64,000 nucleotides of DNA from an uncultured Gemmatimonadota bacterium (GTDB lineage: Bacteria > JAAXHH01): positions 544,001 to 608,000 of the forward strand of contig OX638340.1 in NCBI GenBank assembly GCA_951812955.1, written 5' to 3'. The translations under genes were made by a program, and so were the position numbers. Below, piece by piece: positions 49,008 through 58,594 of this stretch; position 1 is the first letter of the stretch; every line of letters starts with the position of its first letter. The notes beneath the pieces were generated by a model. It was not told the origin of the DNA, ran no database searches, and saw only the letters and a list, made by a program, of their open reading frames with translations.

Positions 49008-52000
49008 TTACACCGCAGCCACGGGTTGTTCCACGGCGGTCCCGGTATCCGGGCCGCGCTCTTCCTCTGCCTCTCCGCCACCTCCACCACCCCGTTCCGC
49101 CCATCCCGATATGAAGTCATACATCACGGGAACCACGATCAGCGTCAGTACCGTGGCAATGGCCAGGCCGAAGATCACGGCCACCCCCATGGGCCCCCAC
49201 CACTGCGAGCTTTCTCCGCCGATTTCCAGGGTCAAAGTCCAGAAATTGAAACTCAACCCCGTGGTCAGGGGTATGAGCCCGAGAATCGTGGTAATTGCAG
49301 TCAACAAGACGGGGCGCAGACGGGTAACGCCTCCCTGGACGATCGCTTCCCGTTTGCGGAGTCCCCGGTTGCGCAGCTTTCGGATATAGTCGATCAGCAC
49401 GATAGCGTTGTTCACTACCACGCCCGCCAGGCTGATCACTCCGATGCCGGTCATGATGATTCCGAAAGGGGTCGCGGTAACAATCAATCCGAATAGGACG
49501 CCGATCAGCGAGAGCACCACGGACATCATGATGATGAGGGGCATGGTGACGGAATTGAACTGTGTGACGAGCACGAGCGTAATCAGGATCAGGGCGATGA
49601 GAAAGGCCTTGGATAAAAAGTCGGTGGCTTCGTCCTGCTCCACGTTTTCCCCGGTGTACCGCAGGCTGTATCCTTCTGGTAGCGACAGATCCGCGAGGGT
49701 AGTTTGCACGTCCTCGAGCACGTCGTTCGCCAGCCGGCCTTCCACGTCGCCCGCGATGGTCAGCACGCGTTCCTGGTCCTTCCGCTTGATGGATCCTACC
49801 CCGCCGGTCACGCGGGTCTGCGCCAGGGAACTGAGCGAGACCAGTTCGTCATCATGGATGATGTGGATTCTCTCCAGATCGGCGAATGTGGATCGCTCGG
49901 GTTCCGCGAACCGTACTATGATATCGTATTCTTCCTCCCCCACTCTGTATTTGGAGGCTTCCGTGCCATTGATGGCCGTACGCACCGCGCGGGCGATCTT
50001 GGCCGTGTTCAATTCAAGTAGCGCGGCCTGTTCTCTATCGATTTCCACCGTGAGTTCGGGCTTGCCCGAATCGTAATCGTCCTTGAGATCCACCAGGCCG
50101 GGTATATTCTCGATCATCAGCATGGCCTCGTCGGCAAGCCGGCCGAGCACGGAGAAATCCTCCCCGACGAATTCGATGTTTACGGGCGCCGCGGTGGGCG
50201 GTCCGGCCTGAGGCGTAATGATCTCCACGTCGGCGCCGATGAGACGTTCCATCCTTTGCCTGATCATTTCCACGGTCAGGAAAGAGGATTGCGTGCGGTC
50301 TTGCCGTTCGAAGAAGTCCACGATGATCCTGGACTTGTGCGGCGTACCGCCGCCTGCTGCGCTGAAGTCCTGTGGATTCGGCGATGCGCCTACGCTGGCG
50401 ACGTATTGTTTCATGTCCGGTACGTCCCGGATGTAATCCTCCGCCTGGCGTACGATATCATTTGATACGTCCAGCTTGGTGCCGATCGCAGAATTCACGT
50501 CGATATACGCCTGGTTGGGTTCGGTCTCGGGAAAGAACTCCACGCCCTTGCCGATCGCGGCGTAGAGTACGATCATTCCGAAGAGCGAGGCGCAGGTGAC
50601 CAGCATGACCACGGCCCTGTGCGCAAGCGCCCACATGAGAAACCGGCTGTAGCGGCGCCGCAGAACCATCAGCCAGCGTTGGTCCTCGCGTTTGCGGGTC
50701 ACACTGAGCAAAACCGAACAGACGGTAGGATTGATAATGAGACCGACGAACAGGGAAGCAGAGAGCGTGATGATCAGCGTGGCGGGCAGGTAGCTCATGA
50801 AATCACCGATTATGCCGGGCCAGAATAGCATGGGGGCGAAGGCGCACAACGTGGTCAGCGTGGAAGTGCACACCGGCACTGCCACCTCTCCCACGCCCTC
50901 TCGCGCGGCACGAACCAGGGGAGTTCCTTCCTCGCGGTGGCGATAAATGTTCTCGACTATGACGATGGCGTTATCCACGAGCATGCCCAGCGCCAGGATG
51001 AGGCTGAACAACACGACCATGTTCAGGGTGTAGCCGAGGATATCGAGTACGATGAAGGAGATCAGCATGGACAGCGGAATCGCAATAGCCACGAATAGTG
51101 CGTTGCGCACGCCCATGAACATGAACAGTACGCAGACCACCAGGATCAGCCCCGAGATGATGTTGTTCTCGAGGTCGCTGATCATGGACCTGATGTCCTT
51201 AGACTGGTCGGCCAGGACGGCCAGGTTGATGGTCTTCGGCAACCGTTCCCGTTCTTCGTCCAGCAATTCCTTCACGGCGTCGGCAATCTGTATCAGGTTC
51301 TCTCCGCTGCGTTTCTGCACATTCAGCGATACACACGGCAGTCCGTCCAGCCGCGCGTAGGTGGATACTTCCTTGAACCCGAACCGCACCTCCGCCACGT
51401 CCCCGATGGCGATAGGCTGACGATTGAAGGTCTTGATGACAAGCGCTCCGATCTCTTCCGGTGTCGTAAATTCGCCCGGCACCCTGACCGCGTATCTCAG
51501 CGTTCCGGTCTTGATCGAACCGCCGGGCATGTTGAGATTTTCCTGCCGGATCGTTTCGATGATATCCTCGAGTTCCAGCCCGTAATACACCATCCGATCC
51601 GGATCCACGTTGACCTGGACTTCCCTTTCCAACCCGCCCGCGACCGTAACGTCCAGTACGCCCGCGATCTGTTCGATCCGCTGTTCCAGGTCTTCCGCGA
51701 TATCCTTCAGCGTCACGAGGCTGTGCGTGCCGGCGACGTTGATCACCAGAATGGGGATATCGTCGAAGTTGATCTCCCGGATGGTTGATTCTTCCGCGTC
51801 GTCCGGGATCTCGGATCGCGCGAGGTCGACCTCTTCCCGCACCTTCTGGAGCGCGTTGTTGATGTCCACGTCGGTCTCGAATTCGATCACGACCGTCGAG
51901 ATGCCTTCACTGGAGGTCGAGGAGATCTCCTTCACGTTGGCAAGTTCTTCGAGGTGTTTCTCGAGCGGCTGGGTAACCAGGTTCTCTATGTCCGCTGGAG

Positions 52001-52163
52001 ACACCCCGAAATAGGGGGTGGCGACGAACACGATCGGTATGGTGATTGAAGGAGTGGATTCGCGCGGCAGCGAAAGGTAGGACATGAAACCGAGGAAGAT
52101 GACGGCCCCGGTCATGACGAAGATGCTGATTTTGTTTTTTATGGCGAGGTCAGAAACTCTCAA
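49008..52163 (-). CDS. RND (HAE1/AcrB-type) efflux transporter permease
   Basis: 1051 aa with 12 TM segments and two large periplasmic loops. Typical AcrB blocks. Confidence 0.95.
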   Translation of the reverse strand: MRVSDLAIKNKISIFVMTGAVIFLGFMSYLSLPRESTPSITIPIVFVATPYFGVSPADIENLVTQPLEKHLEELANVKEISSTSSEGISTVVIEFETDVDINNALQKVREEVDLARSEIPDDAEESTIREINFDDIPILVINVAGTHSLVTLKDIAEDLEQRIEQIAGVLDVTVAGGLEREVQVNVDPDRMVYYGLELEDIIETIRQENLNMPGGSIKTGTLRYAVRVPGEFTTPEEIGALVIKTFNRQPIAIGDVAEVRFGFKEVSTYARLDGLPCVSLNVQKRSGENLIQIADAVKELLDEERERLPKTINLAVLADQSKDIRSMISDLENNIISGLILVVCVLFMFMGVRNALFVAIAIPLSMLISFIVLDILGYTLNMVVLFSLILALGMLVDNAIVIVENIYRHREEGTPLVRAAREGVGEVAVPVCTSTLTTLCAFAPMLFWPGIIGDFMSYLPATLIITLSASLFVGLIINPTVCSVLLSVTRKREDQRWLMVLRRRYSRFLMWALAHRAVVMLVTCASLFGMIVLYAAIGKGVEFFPETEPNQAYIDVNSAIGTKLDVSNDIVRQAEDYIRDVPDMKQYVASVGASPNPQDFSAAGGGTPHKSRIIVDFFERQDRTQSSFLTVEMIRQRMERLIGADVEIITPQAGPPTAAPVNIEFVGEDFSVLGRLADEAMLMIENIPGLVDLKDDYDSGKPELTVEIDREQAALLELNTAKIARAVRTAINGTEASKYRVGEEEYDIIVRFAEPERSTFADLERIHIIHDDELVSLSSLAQTRVTGGVGSIKRKDQERVLTIAGDVEGRLANDVLEDVQTTLADLSLPEGYSLRYTGENVEQDEATDFLSKAFLIALILITLVLVTQFNSVTMPLIIMMSVVLSLIGVLFGLIVTATPFGIIMTGIGVISLAGVVVNNAIVLIDYIRKLRNRGLRKREAIVQGGVTRLRPVLLTAITTILGLIPLTTGLSFNFWTLTLEIGGESSQWWGPMGVAVIFGLAIATVLTLIVVPVMYDFISGWAERGGGGGGEAEEERGPDTGTAVEQPVAAV

Positions 52164-52208
52164 AGAATGACACTCCAGTGGATGCCGGTGGTGAATGCCG
52201 CCATCGCT

Positions 52209-53276
52209 TTACATTCTATCGTCTCTGACCTGAATGGACTCGCCGTTCACCAGGTTACGGTGGCCGACGACAATCAGGGTGTCACCGGCGGCCAGTCCAT
52301 CCGTTACAAGCACCTGGTCTCCCGAAATCGACCCCAGCGAAATCGGGACGGAACGTGCGACGCTTCCGTCCGCGACGAACACAATCCGGCCCTGATCGGT
52401 ATCGATCACCGCGTCCTGTGGAATGACGATCGCTTCCGGGATATAATCTTTGACGACGCGAATCGTTACGGCCATTTCAGGTTTCAGCAGGTGATCGGGG
52501 TTATCGAGCGTGATCTCAACCGGTACGGTGCGGCTGTCCGGATCCAGGGTCGTTCCGACGTAGGTTACGTCCGCCTCCACGCTGACGTCCGGATAGGCCG
52601 GAAACGCCAGTGCGGCGCGCGTGCCCACCGAGACGTGCTTCAGGTGGCGTTCAGGGACACCGGCCACGACTTTGACCCGGTCGATATCGACCACCTCCAC
52701 GAACTCCCGCCCTGGCGTGGCCAATTCACCCACCTCCATCATACGGCTGTCCACCACGCCGGAGATCGGCGACCGGATCACCGTTTTTCCCAGGTATGTC
52801 AGTGCCTGCTGGTGCCGCGCCCGGTCCATGTCGTTCCTGTACTGGGTGTCCAGGTACACGGATTCCGCAAGCGCCTTTTGTTCAAACAGTCTTTTCTGAT
52901 TGCGCAGGGCCAGGTCGCTGGCGTTAACCGCCGCTTCGGCTTCGTCCACCGCGGCTCTGAGCAACTCGTCGTCCAACCGCGCCAGTATGGTGTTCCGCGT
53001 AACCGATTCGCCTTTTTCAATCTCGATTTCCGTAATCAATCCGGTCGCTTCGATACTCACCACGACGCGCCGGGCCGGCTTGATCTCGCCCACGAGCCGG
53101 AGGTGATTGATGAATTCCCGAGGCTGGACGACCCGGGTCACCACATTCACGGCCCGCGTCTCCTTCACGGCGCCCGTATCGTTGGCGGCGCTGCCACTTT
53201 CACTGCAGCCCGCGGCCATCAGTACGCCTGCCAGGCATGCGGCCGAACCGAACCATTGCCAAACGCGGGTGATCAT
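52209..53276 (-). CDS. RND efflux periplasmic adaptor (membrane-fusion protein, lipoprotein)
   Basis: Lipobox MAAGCS. Biotinyl/lipoyl-like and beta-barrel domains of HlyD/AcrA. Confidence 0.9.
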   Translation of the reverse strand: MITRVWQWFGSAACLAGVLMAAGCSESGSAANDTGAVKETRAVNVVTRVVQPREFINHLRLVGEIKPARRVVVSIEATGLITEIEIEKGESVTRNTILARLDDELLRAAVDEAEAAVNASDLALRNQKRLFEQKALAESVYLDTQYRNDMDRARHQQALTYLGKTVIRSPISGVVDSRMMEVGELATPGREFVEVVDIDRVKVVAGVPERHLKHVSVGTRAALAFPAYPDVSVEADVTYVGTTLDPDSRTVPVEITLDNPDHLLKPEMAVTIRVVKDYIPEAIVIPQDAVIDTDQGRIVFVADGSVARSVPISLGSISGDQVLVTDGLAAGDTLIVVGHRNLVNGESIQVRDDRM

Positions 53277-53335
53277 CGATGACTGCTCCTCGTGTTCCTG
53301 CCATGTACCGTGTCAGCCCGTCAATACCGACTTGT

Positions 53336-53347
53336 GGGGCCGGCCCC
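53336..53347. promoter_or_regulatory. perfect 12-bp palindrome GGGGCCGGCCCC in a divergent intergenic region
   Basis: Between the adaptor gene (minus) and the GT9 gene (plus). Read directly from the sequence. Confidence 0.3.
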
Positions 53348-53481
53348 AATAACGTAATATCAGGTAATCCTGTCAAGTACATCTATACAAGCGGGGAAGG
53401 CCCTTCATTCAATAAAACCGCGGTCCGTGCCGAAGCAGATTCTATCGGCCGGCGGCACGACGGGCCCGGCCTCGAATAGCC

Positions 53482-54699
53482 ATGTGGAAACAGTTCAACA
53501 ACCTAGCCTACCGGATCTTCTTCGCATACCGAAACCGGAAATCGCGCAGCAGGAGCCGGGGATGGGCGGTCCGGGCTCCACTCGCGGCCGAGGCGGGACC
53601 CAGGCCCGTGCTGTATGTGGCGTGGGGCCGCGTCGGGGACGTGGTTCTGAGCACGGGGCATCTGAAATGGTTGCGCCGGTGGTTTCACCCCAGTCCGGTC
53701 TGGTTCCTCGGAAGGTCGAGCGTGAAACCGATCGTCGAACCCCATGTCGACGTCTTCCTGCCGTTCCCGGTACCGTTTGAGCGGAATACCGGCTTCGGCA
53801 ACGTCCCCGCCGCGTCGCTCGGCCGCATGGCGAACCGATCGTTCCAATACCTCATTACGGACATCCACACGTTTTACGGCGGCCTGTTCACTCTGGATGG
53901 CCTGCTGGCCTCCGTGCGGGCGGAACGGAAGTTCGTCTACGAAGGATACCACCTGGGAAAAGACCTGGCTCCGGAGCGGCCTTATCCGGACGATTACGAG
54001 ATCGTGCCGAAGTACGGGGACCGGGATGACCGGGATACGGATTTCGCTGGTGGCCATATGTTGACACACAACGGCCATTACATCCGCCACGTGTTGGACC
54101 GCTGCGGTGTCGAGCCGGATGACGGGGCGCAGTGGCGTCCGGACCTTGGCCATGTCGGAGAGGGGACGGAGGAATGCCGCCGGTTGGGGATCGAACCGGG
54201 TGAATTCGTGGCCTGGCAGCCCACCAGCGCAAACAGGAGGAAAGACTACCCGTTGTCATGCTGGGCGGAGACGATCCGCGCATTTCCGGATCAGCAGTTT
54301 GTCGCGCTGGTCGAGCCGGGCGCCGCCGCCGGTCTGGACCAGGCCGCCTTGCCGGGCGTGCGCGTCGTCGAATCGGGTTTAGCCGTGGCGATGAAGCTGA
54401 TCAGGGAGGCGCGCCTGTTTGTCGGACTGGATTCCGGGCTGAGCCATATCTCGACGGTGCTGGGAACACCGACGGTGTGTGTCTGTCCGGACAGCCATCT
54501 CGGATACTTCTTTCCCTATCCCGACGGCTACGGCTTCACGAACCTGCGCACCGTCGCCCATCCGGACTACCTGTCGTGCCGGGGATGTTTCATGACTTGC
54601 GAACACGAACCCCTCATGTCGACGATCAGCCGGGGCGCGCTTTGCCTGCGCACATTGCCTCCCCGCCAGGTCATCGATGCGATAAAAGCCGCATTATAG
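53482..54699 (+). CDS. glycosyltransferase family 9 (heptosyltransferase-like)
   Basis: C-terminal block FVGLDSGLSHISTVLGTPTVCV matches GT9 GNDSGPMHLAAALGxPxVAL. Confidence 0.7.
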   Translation: MWKQFNNLAYRIFFAYRNRKSRSRSRGWAVRAPLAAEAGPRPVLYVAWGRVGDVVLSTGHLKWLRRWFHPSPVWFLGRSSVKPIVEPHVDVFLPFPVPFERNTGFGNVPAASLGRMANRSFQYLITDIHTFYGGLFTLDGLLASVRAERKFVYEGYHLGKDLAPERPYPDDYEIVPKYGDRDDRDTDFAGGHMLTHNGHYIRHVLDRCGVEPDDGAQWRPDLGHVGEGTEECRRLGIEPGEFVAWQPTSANRRKDYPLSCWAETIRAFPDQQFVALVEPGAAAGLDQAALPGVRVVESGLAVAMKLIREARLFVGLDSGLSHISTVLGTPTVCVCPDSHLGYFFPYPDGYGFTNLRTVAHPDYLSCRGCFMTCEHEPLMSTISRGALCLRTLPPRQVIDAIKAAL

Positions 54700-54767
54700 T
54701 TCGAATGTCGCCTCCCGCGTCCGCCTTTCCTGTTGTTCGCCTCCCGCGTCCGCCTTACCCGTCCGGC

Positions 54768-56711
54768 TCACGCGTCCGCGTCCGTTCTCAGATCGACCCG
54801 GACCGGGTGGGCCAGCGCGATGAGATCTTCGATATCGAACGAGGCGAGCAGGCCGAAACAGAAGAGCGGCGACAGCGTTTCATACCGTCCCGGTTCATCG
54901 ATCAGCCGTTGAAGGCTTGCAAGTCCCCGGCGCAGCTCGATTTCTTCCACCGCGTGACTGCTCAGGGACGATGCCATGAGCGCGACTACAGAAGAAGCGG
55001 GACCCACGGCCGTCAAGCCGGACAGGGCTGCTGCCTCGTGATCCAAGACCGCCGCGAGCTGCGCGACCTGCAGCCCCAGCATCCTTTCGCCGCCCGATGA
55101 GAGCATCATCGTCCACTGATGCGGCGCCTTGCCCAGTTCACACGCGCCCTGCATGACCACTTCCACCACCATGGCCGCGTTCCCTTCCCGCAGGGCTTCC
55201 GCTACCGGGGCCGACGCGCCCCGGCTTCCGGCGTCCGTCAGGATCAGTCGCTTTTTCGCGTATTCCCGCGTCGATGGAACGGTGGTACGGACAGGAAGCA
55301 CCCAGCCGTCCCGCAAATGGCAATGGCTGTAAGTCGTTTGGCGGCCGTCGCCGGATTCCGATGCCTGCTTGATCATTTCTTCAACCGGGAAGGGCCGGTA
55401 ACGTAGAATGGATCTGAGCCGGTCCCGTCCCGCCTTCTGCCATCGGCGCATCGCGGCCGGTTCCCCTGGTGGCTTTACGCGTTTCAGCCCAAGCGCCTCG
55501 GACCGGGCCAGGGTAACGAAATCGGCGTTTCCAATCGGCGTTCCTACGGTCAGTTCTTCTTCGGAACGCACCTCGTCGGCCGAGGGGATCTCCTCGTCGC
55601 GGCCGCACGCGCCCGGCAGAAAATGCCGGTTCAGGAACCGGTAGAAACTCTCCCTGTGCTCCCGTTCGTAGTTGTGGGTGCCCGGGTCGATGTTGTTGTG
55701 GAATTCAAAGGCATCCTGCCTTCCGTACGACGCGTAAAGCGGCCGGACCGGTTCGTAGACGGATGGTCTGGCCCTGGCGGTCTGGAAGCAGCAGTCGTCA
55801 TATTCGTTATACAGCAGCAGGGCCGGGCGCGGCGCAAGCATGGCCGTGAGTACAGGATAATCGGCCGTGGAGGCGAGATCCGCGGCATTCTGTTCGATGT
55901 CGCCGCGGTCGGCCGGGTGTTTGATCCGGCTGTCCAGGCCGATGTAACCGGCATTGGGCGCGGCGAGACGCACCCGCGTGTCCAGGGCGGCCAGGATAAT
56001 CGTCTGCCATCCGCCGCCGGACAGTCCGGTCACGGCTATACGCTCCGGATCGACATGTTCCTGATTCAGCAGCACGTCCAGCGCTCGGCTCATGGCGAGG
56101 TAGAAAACGGCGATACCGGCAACTCCGCACAGGTCCAGGTAAGCTGCGTTGTTGTGCTGGTAGCCCGGTCCCTGCAACTCGCCGAACCCCAGCCACTCGG
56201 GGTTCAGCGCTACCATGCCCCGCTTGGCCAGGTTGATGCATCGTTCCTGCTTGTAGTCCACCGCTTTGCCCGGGGGACCGACATGCCCGTTCAGGTTCAG
56301 CACCCCCGGCGTTGTATCTCCTAAATCATCCGGTTCATAAAGCAGCGCCGGGATGACGAGACCGGGCTGACCGGGCCAACCGGGCCGACCAGTACTGGCA
56401 GGACTACCGGGCAACGCGTGGTAGGTCAGCTTGCGGATCCGGTATCCTTTGCCGGTCTCGATCACGTCTTTCCACTCGACACGGAGCGCTCCCTCTCGCC
56501 ATTCGTCGGGAACGCCCTTGAAAATAACCTCCTCCAGCATGGTCCGACGCATCTTCGCGGCTTCTGCGTCCCAGGTATTCGCATCTGGAAGCCTGAAACC
56601 GGGAATACGGCCCAGCATATAAGTTCGGAGGGTCTCCATGGCATCGGGTTCACTGCGTGACGGCGATGGCCGCATTACCGCCCTGTCGTCATCCCGATCC
56701 GTTTCATTCAT
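54768..56711 (-). CDS. alpha/beta-hydrolase fold protein (esterase/peptidase-like, 647 aa)
   Basis: Nucleophile elbow GLSGGG. 8-bp overlap with the upstream transglutaminase-like gene. Collagen-like PGWPGQPGL tract. Confidence 0.55.
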   Translation of the reverse strand: MNETDRDDDRAVMRPSPSRSEPDAMETLRTYMLGRIPGFRLPDANTWDAEAAKMRRTMLEEVIFKGVPDEWREGALRVEWKDVIETGKGYRIRKLTYHALPGSPASTGRPGWPGQPGLVIPALLYEPDDLGDTTPGVLNLNGHVGPPGKAVDYKQERCINLAKRGMVALNPEWLGFGELQGPGYQHNNAAYLDLCGVAGIAVFYLAMSRALDVLLNQEHVDPERIAVTGLSGGGWQTIILAALDTRVRLAAPNAGYIGLDSRIKHPADRGDIEQNAADLASTADYPVLTAMLAPRPALLLYNEYDDCCFQTARARPSVYEPVRPLYASYGRQDAFEFHNNIDPGTHNYEREHRESFYRFLNRHFLPGACGRDEEIPSADEVRSEEELTVGTPIGNADFVTLARSEALGLKRVKPPGEPAAMRRWQKAGRDRLRSILRYRPFPVEEMIKQASESGDGRQTTYSHCHLRDGWVLPVRTTVPSTREYAKKRLILTDAGSRGASAPVAEALREGNAAMVVEVVMQGACELGKAPHQWTMMLSSGGERMLGLQVAQLAAVLDHEAAALSGLTAVGPASSVVALMASSLSSHAVEEIELRRGLASLQRLIDEPGRYETLSPLFCFGLLASFDIEDLIALAHPVRVDLRTDADA

Positions 56712-57621
56712 CGGCGCGTCTCCTCTCGACCGGATTGCGCCGTATCGGGTTATTTTCCGAAAGAGGCCGCATGGTCACAGCTACTTCGATCTCGATCTCA
56801 CCACCGCCCTGCAACACGCCGTGCGTGGGAGAAACGTCCCTGTAATCTCTACCCACGGCCACGCGCACATACCGCTCATCGACCAGGGTTGCATTCGTGG
56901 GATCGAATGCGGTCCAGCCGAGTTCGGGCAACTGGCACTCCACCCAGGCGTGCGTGGTCGTCATTCCATCTCCGCTGACTTCCGCTGCAACGTCATGGAG
57001 ATAGCCGGATACGTACCGGGCGGGTATGCCCCAGGTACGCGCGATGGCGATCATGACGTGGGCGTAATCCTGGCAGACGCCGCGTCCGCTATCCAGTATA
57101 TGTTCAATTGTCGAGGAAAACGTAGTGGTTCCAGGATCATAGTGGAAGCGATCGTACAGCGTGGCCGAAAGCCGCCCCAACGCGTTCAGCGGGTCGTCCG
57201 TGGGCTTGATCCCGTTCTCTCGAACGAAGCGTTCAAGGACTGATGAAGGCCTGGCCAGGGCGCTATGGTCCAGAAAAACCCGATGATGAAACGAGTTGCG
57301 CCAACCCCTGATGGTCGCCCATGCCTCGTCTTCTATACGCTCCGAAGATGATTCGCAAGGAGTCACATCGACCGTGGATCGTGCCGTGATTACCAGTGAC
57401 CGGTGTTCGCGGTACAGGTGAAACTGGTGCCTGGTATTTCCGAAACTGTCCTCGACTTGAAAGAGCGATCCGGTCGGCTCCGTATCGATCCGGAAACCAG
57501 ATACGCGCTGTCTGCGGTCTTCCGTCGGTTTCAAAGCCAGCGACATCGCGCAGTTGCGCACGGGAATGCCGTAGCGGTATTTCGTGACGTGTTCGAGTTC
57601 GTAACGTACGTTTCCGACCAT
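56704..57621 (-). CDS. transglutaminase-like cysteine protease superfamily protein (N-terminal bacterial TG domain plus TGc core)
   Basis: TGc core GVCQDYAHVMIAIARTWGIPARYVSGY with catalytic Cys. Downstream His and Asp. Confidence 0.85.
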   Translation of the reverse strand: MVGNVRYELEHVTKYRYGIPVRNCAMSLALKPTEDRRQRVSGFRIDTEPTGSLFQVEDSFGNTRHQFHLYREHRSLVITARSTVDVTPCESSSERIEDEAWATIRGWRNSFHHRVFLDHSALARPSSVLERFVRENGIKPTDDPLNALGRLSATLYDRFHYDPGTTTFSSTIEHILDSGRGVCQDYAHVMIAIARTWGIPARYVSGYLHDVAAEVSGDGMTTTHAWVECQLPELGWTAFDPTNATLVDERYVRVAVGRDYRDVSPTHGVLQGGGEIEIEVAVTMRPLSENNPIRRNPVERRRADE

Positions 57622-57625
57622 GGCG

Positions 57626-58594
57626 TCAGTGAGCCGGTAGAATCTCCAGCGGGTAGTCTATGTATGCGTCTATGACAAGGTGATGGAGTTTTTTGCTGTC
57701 GGCATGTACCCGGTCGAGTACCGGTTGCCATACCGCTACGTCGTTCCGGCGTGCCGTTACGCATTTGCACAGCGTGTCGCCCAGTCCAAGCGCTTCCCGG
57801 CTCGAATTCGGCGCCGGACCGTGGCCTATGGCGCGCAAAACTTCGGCGGCCGAATCGACGGAACGGCGGATCGAAGCAGGAAGCAGGCCATCTGTTACGA
57901 GCAGATCCAGCACCTGGCCGGGCTGGACCACCACGCTGTAGGTATGCACGTAGGCGTCGAATGCGTGAAACGCGTGCAGCAGGTTCGCCCAGTCCGCGTC
58001 GAAGGATTCGTCCTGCCGGCCGTGATCGGCGATCTGCGCGAGCATGACCGCGGCGGAGAGCTGCACCCTTTCGATATATCTACCCAGCTGAATGAAATGC
58101 CAGCCTTCGTCGCGGTACATGGTGGCGTCGGTCACGCCGGCAAACGTGTTGATTTCCACTGAAGTGCCGGCGTAAAACGACTCGGGGGTCGTCTTCCAGA
58201 TTTCCTGGATGTTCAGCTTCTGCAGGTGCAGATAGGCCGTGTTTAATGAAAGCCACATCTCCGCGCTGATGTAGTTGCGGACCTGCCTGGCGTTTTCCCT
58301 TGCGTACACGAAACAATTCCAGATGGAATCCGGATTCGTGGGCTCGAAGGTAAGATGGTCGGCAAGGGTGTACGAATCAGCGAGTGTGTAGTCATCACTG
58401 CGGAAGGCTTCAAGTGTGCCCGCGGGCGGCGCCTGGTTCATGCTGCGGTAAACCCGGTTCCAGCCGAAGTGGATTTCCCTCAGCGGACGATCCACGAGCG
58501 TTTCCACCTGCAGTTGCATCAAACGACACAGGTGCGCCGCACGTTCCAGGTATCTCCCCATCCAATAAAGACCTTGAGCGCTTCTGGACAGCAT
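57626..58594 (-). CDS. alpha-E domain protein (DUF403)
   Basis: N-terminus LSRSAQGLYWMGRYLERAAHLCRL is the canonical alpha-E start. Confidence 0.85.
   Translation of the reverse strand: MLSRSAQGLYWMGRYLERAAHLCRLMQLQVETLVDRPLREIHFGWNRVYRSMNQAPPAGTLEAFRSDDYTLADSYTLADHLTFEPTNPDSIWNCFVYARENARQVRNYISAEMWLSLNTAYLHLQKLNIQEIWKTTPESFYAGTSVEINTFAGVTDATMYRDEGWHFIQLGRYIERVQLSAAVMLAQIADHGRQDESFDADWANLLHAFHAFDAYVHTYSVVVQPGQVLDLLVTDGLLPASIRRSVDSAAEVLRAIGHGPAPNSSREALGLGDTLCKCVTARRNDVAVWQPVLDRVHADSKKLHHLVIDAYIDYPLEILPAH

Noticed and set aside
48172-49389. 405-aa plus-strand ORF
   Set aside because: Antisense to tolC and the 3' end of the RND gene. No motifs.
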